This document shows positions 60,547 through 64,000 of a stretch of 64,000 bases of DNA, one piece after another. This DNA is from an uncultured Smithella sp. GTDB taxonomy: Bacteria > Desulfobacterota > Syntrophia > Syntrophales > Smithellaceae. Below the pieces are notes generated by a model that saw only the letters and a list, made by a program, of their open reading frames with translations, searched no databases and had not been told where the DNA came from. The stretch's first letter is position 1; each line of letters starts with the position of its first letter. Location of the stretch: NCBI GenBank assembly GCA_964632255.1, contig CAZWCA010000009.1:4394-68393 (forward strand), read 5' to 3'. Position numbers and translations under genes: made by a program.

Positions 60547-60591
60547 GCCGCTGCATTTTGTTTTGGGCGCAAAGTGCAGCGGCATTTTTTT
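60547..60591 (+). terminator. rho-independent terminator
   Basis: GCCGCTGCA-(19-nt loop)-TGCAGCGGC followed by ATTTTTTT. Sits between the PII-like/HTH operon and the anfH promoter. Confidence 0.7.
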
Positions 60592-60665
60592 GCGGATTTC
60601 CTCACTATTAATATTGACTAAGATCTTATTTGTCAGTTCCCGAATCACCGTTTTGGGGACTCTAC

Positions 60666-60681
60666 TGTACATTCAAGAACA
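60666..60681. promoter_or_regulatory. candidate NifA-type UAS (TGT-N10-ACA)
   Basis: TGTACATTCAAGAACA, ~150 nt upstream of the anfH -24 element. The pattern is short, so a chance occurrence is plausible. Confidence 0.35.
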
Positions 60682-60829
60682 ATCTCCGTTGAAATGCACG
60701 TACATGAACGCACGAGAAATTAAAAATAGCTGTGCTTAAGCGTCATCGTGCTAAATGCCTTGTGTTTTCATCATAACTCCTATGATTAACCATATAAATA
60801 CTTTACCTTTTTATAGATGCCTCAATCCC

Positions 60830-60845
60830 TGGCACATATTCTGCT
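60830..60845 (+). promoter_or_regulatory. sigma54 -24/-12 promoter of the anf operon
   Basis: TGGCACATATTCTGCT (TGGCAC-N5-CTGCT, GG-N10-GC exact), ~60 nt upstream of the anfH ATG. Confidence 0.75.
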
Positions 60846-60869
60846 CATCAGGAAAATAATACTTCTTAA

Positions 60870-61733
<864 letters not shown>

Positions 61734-61751
61734 CGCGCAAAGGAGAATTCA

Positions 61752-62069
61752 ATGAAAATGATCAAGGCAATCATTCGTCCCGAAGCAGCGGATACAGTGG
61801 CGGACAGCCTGGCTGAAGCCGGATTCTTCTCAATGACGAAAATCAATGCGTTCGGCCGTGGAAAGCAAAAAGGGATTACCGTTGAAAACATGCATTACGA
61901 CGAGTTACCGAAGACGATGATCATGATGGTCGTCGAGGACAAGGACGTCGAAGAGGTGCTGAGACTCATAAAGTACAAGGCTTACACCGGAAACTTCGGC
62001 GACGGGAAAGTATTTGTAACGCCGGTTGACTATGCGTTCACCGTCCGCACCGGCGAAAAGACCTTATAG
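61752..62069 (+). CDS. nifI1: NifI1-type P-II protein of the anf operon
   Basis: 105 aa. MKMIKAIIRPE...FGRGKQKG...GNFGDGKVFVTPV. AAGGAG SD. Between the H and D genes. Confidence 0.9.
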   Translation: MKMIKAIIRPEAADTVADSLAEAGFFSMTKINAFGRGKQKGITVENMHYDELPKTMIMMVVEDKDVEEVLRLIKYKAYTGNFGDGKVFVTPVDYAFTVRTGEKTL

Positions 62070-62078
62070 GAGGATCGT

Positions 62079-62444
62079 ATGAAGGAAATCACGGCTATCA
62101 TCCGTCCCAAAAAAATCACCGCGACGAAAACCTCCCTGGAGAACCTCGGATTCCCCGGCATGACCGCGATACAGGTCCTCGGCAGGGGTCACCAGAGAGG
62201 AATCGCCGGAGAATTGAACTACGAAGTCAGTCCCAACATCATAGGAAAGTCCTGCGGCATGAAATACATTCCCAAACGCATGATCAAGATCGTCGTACGC
62301 GACGAGGACGTCGACAAAGTCGTCCGTACGATTGTCGATGTAAACCAGACGGCGCAGATTGGCGACGGGAAAATCTTCGTGAGTCCCGTTTTCGACGCAC
62401 TCAGAGTGCGCACGGACGAGACCGGCGACAACGCCCTGGCATAG
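62079..62444 (+). CDS. nifI2: NifI2-type P-II protein of the anf operon
   Basis: 121 aa. MKEITAIIRPKK...LGRGHQRG + extended T-loop ...YIPKRMIKIVV...IGDGKIFVSPV. GGAGGA SD. Confidence 0.9.
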   Translation: MKEITAIIRPKKITATKTSLENLGFPGMTAIQVLGRGHQRGIAGELNYEVSPNIIGKSCGMKYIPKRMIKIVVRDEDVDKVVRTIVDVNQTAQIGDGKIFVSPVFDALRVRTDETGDNALA

Positions 62445-62447
62445 TAA

Positions 62448-64000
<1,553 letters not shown>

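Overview
This 64-kb window looks like the chromosome of a low-GC anaerobe, probably Desulfobacterota-like; that assignment rests only on gene content and order. Most genes are on the minus strand.

**Left part, 0-23 kb.** Housekeeping genes (ligA, acyP, hydrolases, two M23 peptidases, an aminotransferase) are mixed with an accessory-looking stretch. That stretch holds three tandem paralogous REC-PAS-histidine-kinase genes that share a promoter cassette. Gene remnants lie among them.

**Middle part, 24-42 kb.** This is a conserved block: SPFH/NfeD, udg, coaBC, rapZ-hprK-ptsN-hpf-rpoN-lptBAC-kdsCA, a TPR protein, xerD, rpiB and ihfB.

**Right part, 42-64 kb.** This third is a dense nitrogen island, in this order:
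- a sigma54-driven porin-amtB-glnK operon;
- a canonical nifA plus a NifA paralog that lacks the HTH and has a degenerate GAFTGA loop;
- an anaerobe-type Mo-nitrogenase cluster on the minus strand (nifD, nifK, nifX, nifE, nifN);
- a small divergent PII-like / stand-alone Fis-HTH operon;
- a GC-richer Fe-only nitrogenase operon, anfH-nifI1-nifI2-anfD, which runs off the right edge.

**Oddities of the Mo-nitrogenase cluster.** Its nifH is reduced to a ~280-nt frameshifted, internally deleted remnant. Its nifI1 and nifI2 are fused into one ORF. A NitT/TauT-type ABC importer sits between nifI and nifD.

The ORF track misses anfD because it has no stop in the window, and shows only antisense ORFs there. 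I found no rRNA, tRNA, CRISPR array or transposase. All family assignments come from motif recognition by eye, not from searches.
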